The notes beneath the pieces were generated by a model, which worked only from the letters and a program-made list of their open reading frames with translations, was not told where the DNA came from and made no database searches. This document shows, piece after piece, positions 30,335 through 39,776 of a DNA stretch of 64,000 nt; within the stretch, counting starts at the first letter, position 1; each line of letters opens with the position of its first letter. The stretch is from Candidatus Eiseniibacteriota bacterium (GTDB taxonomy: Bacteria; Eisenbacteria; RBG-16-71-46; CAVPCR01), in assembly GCA_963823555.1 (NCBI GenBank), contig CAWGMA010000003.1, positions 128,001 through 192,000 on the forward strand. The letters run 5' to 3'. The position numbers and the translations under genes are program-made.

Positions 30335-30553
30335 TCCGTGGGTTCGACTTGCTGGGTTGCCGGAGCGGATTATCGCATGTCGTGGCCGATCTCGCGATGC
30401 GTCCCGGTGGCGCCTTCGATCCGGCGCATCGCAGGAGGATCCCCACCCTGGCCAGTGGTCGGTTGATCGGGCGTGCACGAAGGGGCCTCCTGTGCCATGC
30501 TTCCGCTCTCCGAGAGGTCTGGGAGTCCCGGAATGAAGACCCAGCAGCACCCG

Positions 30554-31150
30554 ATGAAGGGCCATGACATCCGCCAGGCCCGGCTTCTGGCCGAGCTGCA
30601 GGCGCATGTCCCCGCCGACGGTCAGGAAGCCGCTCACCGCGAGCGGATGCTGGCCCTCGCTGGCACGCCCGCAGATGTGTTCTCCCGCCACCATTTCGTG
30701 CCTGGGCATTTCACCGCCAGTGCTTTCGTGCTGGCGCCGGATGAAGGGGCGCTGCTCCTCATCTTCCACCAGCGGCTCGGCCGCTGGCTCCAGCCTGGAG
30801 GGCACATCGATCCCGGGGACCCGGACGTCCTCGCCGCGGCCCAGCGCGAGGTGCGGGAGGAGACCGGTGTTCTGGGACTCGATGTTCTCGCCGCTCACGG
30901 GCGCCGCCACCGACTCCTCGACCTGGACATCCATCCCATTCCGGCACACGGCGCCGAGCCCCGTCATGAGCACTTCGACGTGCGCGCCTTCTTCCGTGCC
31001 CGCGCTACCGAGCTACGCGCCGGTCTCGGTGTGGGGGCCGCCCGCTGGGTGCCGCTCGCCGCAGTGCTGGAGGATGCAGTCGACCGGTCGGTCGAGCGCG
31101 GCGTGGCCAAGCTGCTCGCCCGGCGGGAAGAAGGAGGATGGGGATCATGA
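30554..31150 (+). CDS. NUDIX hydrolase
   Basis: GHFTASA and Nudix box 'PGGHIDPGDPDVLAAAQREVREETG'; start uncertain (30533 or 30554). Confidence 0.9.
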   Translation: MKGHDIRQARLLAELQAHVPADGQEAAHRERMLALAGTPADVFSRHHFVPGHFTASAFVLAPDEGALLLIFHQRLGRWLQPGGHIDPGDPDVLAAAQREVREETGVLGLDVLAAHGRRHRLLDLDIHPIPAHGAEPRHEHFDVRAFFRARATELRAGLGVGAARWVPLAAVLEDAVDRSVERGVAKLLARREEGGWGS

Positions 31151-32145
31151 GCAGGACGCAGAGCATGGTCCTGTTCCTGGGGGCTCTGATGATCGGAGGA
31201 ATGATGGCGAAGGGCAATGACGCGAGTGCCGGGACGAGCGAGCTCCAGGACTTCGATGCCCGGTGGGATTACGCGCATCCGGATTCGACCGAGGCGGTGT
31301 TCAGGAGTCTCCTGCCTGCTGCCCGATCGGCCGGCGACGCGGACTACCTGGTGCAGCTCCTGACCCAGATCGCGCGCACCCAGGGTCTGCAGCGGAAGTT
31401 CACCGATGCCCATGCCACGCTCGACGAGGCCGCGGGAATGCTCACCGACAGCCTTGCCGTGGCTCGCGTGCGCTACCTCCTCGAACGCGGTCGAGTATTC
31501 AACTCGGCGCAGGAGCCGGAGCGGGCGCGCCCGCTCTTCCTCTCCGCCTGGGAGGAAGCTCAGGCGGCGGGAGCCGAGTATCACGCGATCGACGCGGCCC
31601 ACATGATGGGAATCATCGAGCCGCCGGCGGAGGCGCTGGTCTGGAACCGGAAGGCCATCGCTGCGGCGGAGGCAGCCGGGAGCGAGCGGGCGCGAGGGTG
31701 GCTCGGATCCCTCTACAACAACGTGGGGTGGACCTATCACGACCTGGGGGACTACGACCAGGCGCTCGACATGTTCGAGAAGGGGCTCGCCTTCCGCGAG
31801 GAGAAGAAGCAGCCGCGAGAGACGAGGATCGCCAAGTGGTGCGTGGCCCGCACCTATCGCTCGCTGGGGCGTACCGAGGAAGCGCTCGCCATGCAGCGGA
31901 CCCTGGAGCAGGAGCTCACCGCGAGCGGAGAGACCGACGGCTTCGTGGACGAAGAGATCGGCGAGTGCCTGCTCGCTCTTGGCCGCCCGGATGAAGCCGC
32001 GCCCTCCTTTGCGCGCGCCCATGAACTGCTGAGCAAGGACCCGTGGTTCGTGGAGAAGGAGGGGGCGCGCCTCGCGCGCCTCGCGGAGCTGGGAGGCGTT
32101 TCCCTTCCCGCCGAGGGCGCGCGCCCACCGGCGGGCGATCGCTAG
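31147..32145 (+). CDS. Exported TPR-repeat protein
   Basis: Hydrophobic N-terminus; TPR 'LYNNVGWTYHDLGDYDQALDMFEKGL'; ATG 31147 overlaps the NUDIX stop. Confidence 0.82.
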   Translation: MSRTQSMVLFLGALMIGGMMAKGNDASAGTSELQDFDARWDYAHPDSTEAVFRSLLPAARSAGDADYLVQLLTQIARTQGLQRKFTDAHATLDEAAGMLTDSLAVARVRYLLERGRVFNSAQEPERARPLFLSAWEEAQAAGAEYHAIDAAHMMGIIEPPAEALVWNRKAIAAAEAAGSERARGWLGSLYNNVGWTYHDLGDYDQALDMFEKGLAFREEKKQPRETRIAKWCVARTYRSLGRTEEALAMQRTLEQELTASGETDGFVDEEIGECLLALGRPDEAAPSFARAHELLSKDPWFVEKEGARLARLAELGGVSLPAEGARPPAGDR

Positions 32146-33056
32146 CGGCGATCGCTCCAGGTGGAGGACCGCTCCTCGTGTTCGATCAGATTGCGGATCA
32201 TCTGTCCGCGTCCCACCGCCGCTAGCGCCACGCCACCGAGGATGAGCATCGCGGCGACGAGAAGCCGCAGCGTGGGTTCCTCGGCGAGGAAGATCACTCC
32301 ACCAAGGGCCGCCAGCACCGGCACCGTGAGCTGGACGACCGCCGCCCGGGTGGCGGTCATGGCGGGGAGAGCGGCATACCAGACGACGTATCCGAGCCCG
32401 GAGGTGATGGCTCCCGAGACGATCGCGAGTATCGTACCGCGCGTCGAGGTGTGGAGTGTGGGCAGGCGGATCAGGGCCAGCGCTGCGACCAGCGGCAGCG
32501 ACCGGACGAAGTGGTCGGTGGTGGCCGCCATGGGGTCGACGGCGGTGCGGCCGCGCAGCGAGTAGATTCCCCAGGCGATGCCGGCCATGGCCATGAGCAG
32601 GGAGCCGGAGGTGGGTGGTGCCTGGATGCCCGGGCGCACCAGCACGACGAGCCCGACGATGGCGACCGTGATGCCCATCCACTGCATCGGGTGAGGTCGC
32701 TCGCCGGATCTGAGTCCGGAGAGGATCATGGTGGCCTGGACGGCGCCGAAGAGCACGAGCGCCCCCACTCCGGCCGTGAGCTTCACGTAGGCGAAGGAAA
32801 ACGCGGCGGCGTAGACGAACAACATGACCGTCGAGGTCCAGGTCCCGGAAACTCCCACCGGGCGCCTGTGCCCGAGGGCCACGGCGATCGCCCACAGGGT
32901 GATGGCGCCGGCGGCGAGGCGCAGCGCCGTGAAGGCAGCGGGATCGATCGATGCGGGGCCGAGAGCGAGCCGGCAGAGGACCGAGTTCGCGGCAAAGGCG
33001 ACGAGCGCGCCGAGGGTCAAGCCGACCGTGCTCAAGGCGCCGCGTCCGGCCATCAC
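32142..33056 (-). CDS. DMT/EamA-family transporter
   Basis: About 10 TM helices; AFAANS, 'SGLGYVVWYAALP' and 'QLTVPVLAALGGVIFLAE'. Confidence 0.9.
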   Translation of the reverse strand: MMAGRGALSTVGLTLGALVAFAANSVLCRLALGPASIDPAAFTALRLAAGAITLWAIAVALGHRRPVGVSGTWTSTVMLFVYAAAFSFAYVKLTAGVGALVLFGAVQATMILSGLRSGERPHPMQWMGITVAIVGLVVLVRPGIQAPPTSGSLLMAMAGIAWGIYSLRGRTAVDPMAATTDHFVRSLPLVAALALIRLPTLHTSTRGTILAIVSGAITSGLGYVVWYAALPAMTATRAAVVQLTVPVLAALGGVIFLAEEPTLRLLVAAMLILGGVALAAVGRGQMIRNLIEHEERSSTWSDRR

Positions 33057-33124
33057 CGCCTCGAGTTCGTGGGTGGGATGTTGTGATTCATGTCGCGATC
33101 CCGAATCGCAGAGCCATCCCGCCC

Positions 33125-34036
33125 TCAGCGCCGGCGCAGCTTTCGCCTTGCGTAGTCGGCGCCGGTGCCGAGATAGCGCAGGGCGCCCTCCAGGGAGATC
33201 ACCCGATCGAACATCCAGGAGTAGGCGCCCGCCAGCCGGCGATAGCGATGGTTGGACTGGCGATGACGCTGGAACTTCTTCTGACTCCCGAAGCCGAGGA
33301 TGCGCATGTCCTCGGCCGTGAGCGCGCCGAGGAAGGCTGCGTTCAGGATGAGCGGATGATAGCGATAGGCCCGGACATCGATCTCCTGCAGCGGAATGTC
33401 GGGATCGTGGTAATTGAAGAAGATGACCCGCCGTGGCTTCAGTACGGGGCTCGACTGGCGATGGATGCCCGCGGTATCGAACAAGAACGTGGTCCCCGCC
33501 GGACCCTTGACGTGCTCGATCTGGTCGCGGACGTGGGCGATCTCGCGGTCGTTCCAGTGCCGATGGCGGTTATTGACGTGTGTGCCGCGAATATAGGAGA
33601 AGTGGCCGGTCTCCACATCACTGAGGTAGAGACCCAGCTTCACCTCGCGCGGCACCACGGGCAGGTTGTGGTCGTACCAGGCGTCGTTGTGCCAGCCGTG
33701 GAAATTGTCGCGGGTCGCCACTGTTTCCCAGCCGCGCACCTCGCTCAGCGAGAACTGCGGGCCGATATAGAGGCGCATCACCTCCTTGACCAGCGGATGG
33801 AGTCCAAGTTCCTGGAATGCGGGATCGAGGGTGAGGATGTCCTCGACCATGAGCCGATGCTTGTCCGTCTTCTGGTAGCCCCGCGACGTGTTCCAGCTCA
33901 TCTGGCCGAGCACGACACTGAACGCTTCCTGCATGGCGATCAGGGATTCGGGGGTGACGAGGTCATCGACAAGGACGAGCCCGTCTGTCTCCAGAGCCAC
34001 GACGATCGAGTTCGGGTCGGTAGCGCGCGCGATCAT
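33125..34036 (-). CDS. Phytanoyl-CoA dioxygenase (PhyH)-family Fe(II)/2-oxoglutarate oxygenase
   Basis: 'LETDGLVLVDDLV'; HxD motif WHND; 'LYLSDV..YIRGTH'; 'GPAGTTFLFDTAGIHR'. Confidence 0.85.
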   Translation of the reverse strand: MIARATDPNSIVVALETDGLVLVDDLVTPESLIAMQEAFSVVLGQMSWNTSRGYQKTDKHRLMVEDILTLDPAFQELGLHPLVKEVMRLYIGPQFSLSEVRGWETVATRDNFHGWHNDAWYDHNLPVVPREVKLGLYLSDVETGHFSYIRGTHVNNRHRHWNDREIAHVRDQIEHVKGPAGTTFLFDTAGIHRQSSPVLKPRRVIFFNYHDPDIPLQEIDVRAYRYHPLILNAAFLGALTAEDMRILGFGSQKKFQRHRQSNHRYRRLAGAYSWMFDRVISLEGALRYLGTGADYARRKLRRR

Positions 34037-34065
34037 ATCCAGATGGAGTTATCGGCGTCGTCGGT

Positions 34066-36366
34066 CTAGCCCTTGACGCCCGACCTCTTCTTCTCCTCCC
34101 GTTCCCGGAGCAAGTTCAAGGCCGACCCGGCGCGGAACCAGGTCAGTTGCTCGCGGCTCAGCGTGTGCCCGAGCTCGATCGTCTCCCGAGTGCCGTCGGT
34201 GTGGTGGAGGACCGCCGATACCTTCTTCCCGGGAGCGAGACCGTCCAGGTCGAGAATGGTGATGCGATCGTCCTCGTGCACCCGGTCGTAGTCCGCCGAG
34301 TTGACGAAGGTGAGCGGCAGGATCCCCTGCTTCTTGAGGTTGGTCTCGTGGATGCGGGCGAAGCTGCGCGCGATGATCGCCGCCGCACCCAGGTGCCGGG
34401 GCGACATGGCCGCGTGCTCACGGCTCGATCCTTCGCCGTAGTTCTCGTCGCCGACCACCACCCACATGAGACCCGAGGCCTTGTAGCGCCGCGCGACGTC
34501 GGGTACCGGCCGGCCGCGCTCCTGGCTGGCCAGGTCCATGGTCGTCCCGCGCTCCCCCGTGAAGGCATTGGTGGCGCCGGTGAACATGTTGTCGCTGATG
34601 GCATCGAGATGGCCGCGGAAGCGGAGCCAGGGTCCGGCCGGTGAGATGTGGTCCGTGGTGGTCTTGCCCTTCGTCTTCAAGAGCACCGGCATCTCGCGGA
34701 AGCGAGCGGGGTCCGGGGCTGAGAACGGGCTGAGTACCGCCAGCCGCTTGCTGGCCCTGTCGATCTGCACCGAGACCAGATCAGGGTGGGTTGCCGGTGC
34801 CACGTAGCCGCCCGCCGTGGCTGCGAAGCCCGCCGCGGGCAACTCGGGGGCCTTCTTCGGCGGAGCGAGCTTCCAGGTCTTGCCGTCCGGCGCCGTCAGC
34901 GAGTCCGCGAGTGGATTGAAGGAGAGTCTCCCCGCGAGCCCGTAGGCCATGACCACCTCCGGGCTGGCGATGAAGGCCATGGTCTCCGGGTTCGCGTCGT
35001 TGCGCCCGGGGAAGTTGCGATTGAACGAGGTGATGATCGAGTTGCGCTCGCCCTTCTTCGGCTCCTCCCGCCGCCACTGCCCGATGCACGGGCCGCAGGC
35101 GTTGGCGAGCACCGTGCCGCCGACCGCCTCGATCCTGGCCATGAGCCCATCGCGCTGGATGGTGGCATAGATCTGATCACTGCCCGGGGTGACCAGGAGC
35201 GGCGACGCCGCCCGCTGGCCATGAGCGTGGGCCTGCTCAGCGATGTCGGCGGTGCGGGCGATGTCCTCGTACGAGGAATTGGTGCAGCTGCCGATGAGCG
35301 CCGCCGTCAGCTGATCGGGATAGCCATCCTTGGCGACATCGGCGGCGAGTCGCGACACCGGCCGCGCGAGATCGGGCGTGTGCGGGCCGACGACATACGG
35401 CTCGAGCTTGGAGAGATCGATCTCGACGACGCGCGAGAAGAACTTCTCGGGAGCAGCTTCGACCTCGGGGTCGGCCGCGAGGAGGTGCTTGTGCTGGCGC
35501 GCCAGCTCGGCGAGCTGGGCGCGGTTCGTGGCCCTCAGGTAGGCATCCATTCGATCATCGAAGGGGAAGATCGAGGTGGTGGCTCCGAGCTCGGCGCCCA
35601 TGTTGGTGATCGTGCCCTTGCCCGTGGCACTGATGGCCCGGGCGCCCGGACCAAAGTACTCGACGATCTTGTTGGTGCCGCCCTTCACCGTGAGCAGGCC
35701 GCACAGATGGAGGATGACGTCCTTGGGGGCCGTCCAGCCGGAGAGCTCGCCCGTGAGCTTGACACCGATGAGCTCCGGCTCGAGCACTTCCCACGGGAAC
35801 CCGGCCATCACGTCGACCGCATCGGCCCCACCAACGCCCACGGCGCACATGCCGAGGCCTCCGGCGTTCGGCGTGTGCGAGTCGGTGCCGATCAAGAGCC
35901 CGCCGGGGAAGGCGTAGTGCTCGAGCACGACCTGGTGAATGATCCCGGCCCCGGGTTGCCAGAAGCCGATTCCGTACTTGGCCGACACCGAGCGCAGGAA
36001 CTCGTAGACCTCGCTGTTCTCGCTGAGTGCCATCTTCATGTCGGCGGCGGCTCCAGTGCGCGCCTGGATGAGGTGATCGCAGTGCACGGTGGTCGGCACC
36101 GCCACCTCGGGAAGTCCCGCCTGCATGAACTGGAGCAAGGCCATCTGCGCGGTCGCGTCCTGCATGGCGACCCGATCGGGATAGAGGGCAAGGTAGGCCT
36201 TGCCCGGGGCGAGCTCCTGGTGTTCGGGATCGGCGAGATGGGTATAGAGGATCTTCTCCGCGAGCGTGAGCGGGCGACCGAGCCGGCGACTGATCCTGGG
36301 GAAATTCTCCTCCATGCGGGCATAGACACGGCTAACGAATTCAGGCGAGCTCTCGACCACTGGCAT
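34066..36366 (-). CDS. Aconitate hydratase (mitochondrial/Bacteroidota-type, 766 aa)
   Basis: DRVAMQDATAQMA, HCDH, GTDSHTPN, GSCTNSSYED, ANACGPCIGQW, TTDHISPAG and NYGEGSSREHAA. Confidence 0.96.
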   Translation of the reverse strand: MPVVESSPEFVSRVYARMEENFPRISRRLGRPLTLAEKILYTHLADPEHQELAPGKAYLALYPDRVAMQDATAQMALLQFMQAGLPEVAVPTTVHCDHLIQARTGAAADMKMALSENSEVYEFLRSVSAKYGIGFWQPGAGIIHQVVLEHYAFPGGLLIGTDSHTPNAGGLGMCAVGVGGADAVDVMAGFPWEVLEPELIGVKLTGELSGWTAPKDVILHLCGLLTVKGGTNKIVEYFGPGARAISATGKGTITNMGAELGATTSIFPFDDRMDAYLRATNRAQLAELARQHKHLLAADPEVEAAPEKFFSRVVEIDLSKLEPYVVGPHTPDLARPVSRLAADVAKDGYPDQLTAALIGSCTNSSYEDIARTADIAEQAHAHGQRAASPLLVTPGSDQIYATIQRDGLMARIEAVGGTVLANACGPCIGQWRREEPKKGERNSIITSFNRNFPGRNDANPETMAFIASPEVVMAYGLAGRLSFNPLADSLTAPDGKTWKLAPPKKAPELPAAGFAATAGGYVAPATHPDLVSVQIDRASKRLAVLSPFSAPDPARFREMPVLLKTKGKTTTDHISPAGPWLRFRGHLDAISDNMFTGATNAFTGERGTTMDLASQERGRPVPDVARRYKASGLMWVVVGDENYGEGSSREHAAMSPRHLGAAAIIARSFARIHETNLKKQGILPLTFVNSADYDRVHEDDRITILDLDGLAPGKKVSAVLHHTDGTRETIELGHTLSREQLTWFRAGSALNLLREREEKKRSGVKG

Positions 36367-36580
36367 CGACCGACTCCTCGGCTAGGTGACCTGGGTTTCC
36401 CCGGATGCGGGATACCCGGCGATGATAGCGCAGATGGGATGGCACCGAAACGCGCTGCAGGACCCGAGGATGGGGCTGCGGGGCAGCGCGACCGGTGCTC
36501 GCGCCCCTGAGGCCGCCGTTGCCCCATCCGGCCGCGGGGTCTAACATGAATGGCATCTGGAGCCGTTCGAGGAGGTCCCC

Positions 36581-38746
36581 ATGCGCCGCGCATCGCCGCC
36601 GGCCCGCCCTGCAAGCGCCGAATCCCCTCCTGAAGGCGACGCCCACGCCGGGCGAGGAGCCCCTGCGCCTTCCGCCGCGACGGCTGCGAACGGCGCCGCC
36701 GAGGGCGAGCGCGCCCAGGTCTTCAGAGCCCTCGTCGAGAATCTCGACCGCATCTTCTGGGTCATCACCCCGGACCTGACGCGAATCATCTACGTGAGTC
36801 CGGCATGCGAGCGGGTCCTCGGCCGCACCCGGGCGAGCATCTATGCGAATCCCATGTCGTGGATCGAGGCCATGCACCCGCATGATCGATCTCAGGTCCT
36901 CGATGCGATCAATCGCCGCGTACGTGGGCTGCCGGTGCCGGATCACCAGGTATTCCGGGTCACCCGTCCCGACGGTGGAACCCGCTGGTTGCGCAGCCAG
37001 GGGCTCCTGGTGCCCGCTCCCGATGGCGGATGGTGGTACATCGGTGTGGCCGAGGACATCACCGAGCTCAAGCGCGATGCCGACGCCGAGGGCGAGCGCG
37101 CCTCGATGTTCCGCATGATGACCGAGCAGCTGCCAGCGGTCATCTGGACGATGGGGCGGGATCTCGTCTTCACGTCGAGCAACGGTCGCGGGCTGGTCGC
37201 TCTCGGTCGCGTTCCGAACGAGGTCGTCGGGATGACGATCTGGGAATACTTCGGGACCGATGATCCGGACTTTCCTCCCATTGCTGCGCATCGCCGGGCC
37301 CTGACCGGGGAGAAGGTCTCCTACGATAGCGAGTGGCAGGGACGCACGTTCACGTCCCATCTCGAGTCGCTGTGCGATCCGGCCGGTCGCGTGGTGGGTG
37401 TTCTCGGTCTCGCGCTGGATGTGACCGAGCGCCGCCAGGCCGAGGTCGAGGCCCGGGCCGCCCATGAGGCGCTCCGGCTGGCGCACGAGAGCTTGCGCCG
37501 GGCTCATGACGACCTGGGGCACATCAACGAGGAGCTCGAGAGCCGCATCCTGGAGCGAACGGCCGCGCTCCAGCTGGCCAACGAGCGGCTCGAGCGGGAG
37601 GCGGGTGAACGCCTGCGTGTTGAGGAGTCGCTACGCCGCAGCGTCGAGCTGTACCGTCTTCTGGCCGAGAACACGAGCGACCTCATCACCCGCCTCGCGG
37701 CCGATGGGATCTGCACCTACGTCTCGCCGGCGATCTACGGCATGGCCGGGTATGCGCCGGAAGATCTCCTGGGTCGCAGCGGCTATGACGTGGTCCATCC
37801 TGATGACCTGGAGACGGTGGTGCGGGCCTCGGAGGAGGTGGTGTCCCGCTCGGGCACGGCGACCGTGATCTTCCGCTTCCGGATGAAGAGCGGCTCCTAC
37901 AAATGGGTCGAAGCCATCGGGAAGCGTGTCGAAGCGGCCGCTGGAGAAGCCGGCGAGATGATCATCGTGGTCCGCGACATCTCCCAGCGGAAGCAGACCG
38001 AGGAGCGCGTGGCCCGCCTGCAGCGCGAGCTGGCGCAGGTGGCCCGCCTGTCGACGATCGGGGAGATGGCGTCTCAGCTGGCCCACGAGCTCAACCAGCC
38101 CCTGACCGCCGTGATGAACTACCTCGATGCGGGGCGCCGTCTCCTGCGCCGGGATTGCACCGCCTCCCCGGAGGCGCTCGCGGCGATGGACGAGGCCGCG
38201 GCCGAGGCCCAGCGCGCGGGACACATCCTGCAGCGCGTCAGATCCTTTGCGCGTGGCGGGGAACCCGAGCGCACCCTGCACGACGTGAACACCCTTGTGA
38301 ACGAGGTGCTCGAACTGGCGCATGCCGATATTCGCGCGCGCGAGGTGAAGCTCGACCTCGACCTGGCTTCCGATCTCTCCCTCGTTCGCGTCGATGGCGT
38401 GCAGATCCAGCAGGTGATCCTGAACCTGATCCGTAACGGGCTCGACGCCATGGCGGATGGGGACGGGGAGCGCCGGCTCTCGCTGCGAACGAGGCAATCC
38501 GAGAGGTCGGTCGCAGTTGAAGTAGGGGACACCGGGCCAGGCATCCCCGCAGACGTGAGGACTCGGCTCTTCGAACCCTTCTTCACCATGAAGCCTGGGG
38601 GCATGGGGCTCGGGCTCTCGATCAGCCACTCCATCGTCGAGGCCGCCGGCGGCCGCCTGTGGGCCGAGGAGGGCGAGGGTCCGGGAGCGACCTTCTGCTT
38701 CAGCTTGCCGGCCGCGGCCGGCAAGCGATCCCGGGAGGATGCGTGA
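36581..38746 (+). CDS. Cytoplasmic multi-PAS sensor histidine kinase (FixL-like)
   Basis: Three PAS/PAC repeats; H-box LAHELNQPL; N-box QQVILNLIRNG; DTGPGI; FEPFFT; GMGLGLSIS; no TM segment. Start uncertain. Confidence 0.93.
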   Translation: MRRASPPARPASAESPPEGDAHAGRGAPAPSAATAANGAAEGERAQVFRALVENLDRIFWVITPDLTRIIYVSPACERVLGRTRASIYANPMSWIEAMHPHDRSQVLDAINRRVRGLPVPDHQVFRVTRPDGGTRWLRSQGLLVPAPDGGWWYIGVAEDITELKRDADAEGERASMFRMMTEQLPAVIWTMGRDLVFTSSNGRGLVALGRVPNEVVGMTIWEYFGTDDPDFPPIAAHRRALTGEKVSYDSEWQGRTFTSHLESLCDPAGRVVGVLGLALDVTERRQAEVEARAAHEALRLAHESLRRAHDDLGHINEELESRILERTAALQLANERLEREAGERLRVEESLRRSVELYRLLAENTSDLITRLAADGICTYVSPAIYGMAGYAPEDLLGRSGYDVVHPDDLETVVRASEEVVSRSGTATVIFRFRMKSGSYKWVEAIGKRVEAAAGEAGEMIIVVRDISQRKQTEERVARLQRELAQVARLSTIGEMASQLAHELNQPLTAVMNYLDAGRRLLRRDCTASPEALAAMDEAAAEAQRAGHILQRVRSFARGGEPERTLHDVNTLVNEVLELAHADIRAREVKLDLDLASDLSLVRVDGVQIQQVILNLIRNGLDAMADGDGERRLSLRTRQSERSVAVEVGDTGPGIPADVRTRLFEPFFTMKPGGMGLGLSISHSIVEAAGGRLWAEEGEGPGATFCFSLPAAAGKRSREDA

Positions 38747-39441
38747 TGTCGGTTGATGCAGTTGATGAAGCCGTCCCCACCGTGTTCGTGGTCGACGACG
38801 ATCCGGGCGTGCGCAATTCGTTGCGCCTCCTGCTCGAGACGGTGAATCTCCCGACCGAGACCTTCGCCTCGGCGCAGGAGTTTCTCGACGCCTGCGACCT
38901 CGGGCGACCCGGGTGCCTGGTTCTCGATCTGGCCATGCCGGGGATGAGCGGACTCGAGCTCCAGGAGCGATTGAGGGCCGAGCGCTGCATCATTCCCATC
39001 ATCTTCATCACGGCGCATGGCGAGGTATCCACCGCGGTCCGCGCCATGAAGAAAGGCGCCAAGAACTTCCTCGAGAAGCCCTTCTGTGGCCAGGCGTTGA
39101 TCGACATGATCCAGCGCGAGATCGAGGTGAACCGGCAGGAGAGGCTGCAACGGGCCCGGATCCGGGACGCCGGCGCCCGTCTCGACCTGCTCACCAGGCG
39201 CGAGCGGCAGGTACTCGATCTCCTGGTGCGAGGCCTGCCGGTCAAGGCGATCGCCGACGAGCTCGAGATGGCCAAGAAGACCTGCGATGTGCATCGTGCG
39301 CACATCATGCAGAAGACCGGGGTCAGCTCCGTTCCCGAGCTCGTGCAGCTCCATATCCTCGGATCGCAGGCCGAGGAGGGCCGCGAGCCGTCAGCCGGTC
39401 TGTCAGAGGATTTTCCTGGGCTCCCCTCTGCTAAAGGTTAG
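38746..39441 (+). CDS. FixJ-family response regulator (REC + LuxR HTH)
   Basis: VFVVDDD, LVLDLAMPGMSG, FITAHG, FLEKP and LTRRERQVL; start overlaps the kinase stop. Confidence 0.94.
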   Translation: MSVDAVDEAVPTVFVVDDDPGVRNSLRLLLETVNLPTETFASAQEFLDACDLGRPGCLVLDLAMPGMSGLELQERLRAERCIIPIIFITAHGEVSTAVRAMKKGAKNFLEKPFCGQALIDMIQREIEVNRQERLQRARIRDAGARLDLLTRRERQVLDLLVRGLPVKAIADELEMAKKTCDVHRAHIMQKTGVSSVPELVQLHILGSQAEEGREPSAGLSEDFPGLPSAKG

Positions 39442-39476
39442 ATCGGCTCAAAGTTGTAAGACATTTCCTTATAACG

Positions 39477-39644
39477 GCACAGAAAATGACCTATAGCGAG
39501 GTCGCAAGGAAAGCTCGATAGTGACTGTGCAGTCTGAGCGTGAGACGTGGCTGTGGCCGTGGTTGCCACATCCCGCTCAGGCCAGGCCCGACTTCCGGGG
39601 GATCCCACTGGCCGCAGGTCCACCGGCAAGCCGGGCCTTTTCTT
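39477..39644 (+). ncRNA. Candidate structured small RNA (three tandem hairpins plus U-tract), family not recognised
   Basis: Between convergent genes. Stems GCACAG/CTGTGC with inner CTAT(AG)CGAG/CTCGATAG; GTCTGAGCG/CGCTCAGGC with inner TGTGGC/GCCACA; AGGCCCG/CGGGCCT followed by TTTCTT. AT-rich upstream region with TATAAC at 39470. Confidence 0.35.
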
Positions 39645-39705
39645 ATGGGGGCCTTTCTCGGGGTTCCCGCTCCCGGCCCTTTCCTCTGCGGGTGCCAGGT
39701 CCCGG

Positions 39706-39731
39706 CCGCCCGGACTCCCGAGTCCGGGCGG
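39706..39731 (-). terminator. Hairpin downstream of the large S8 gene
   Basis: Perfect 11-bp stem CCGCCCGGACT / CCCG / AGTCCGGGCGG, about 45 nt after the stop at 39777. Confidence 0.55.
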
Positions 39732-39776
39732 GGCTCCCGCCCGGCTCCGGTGCTTCAGCTGTCGCCCCGTCGGGTG

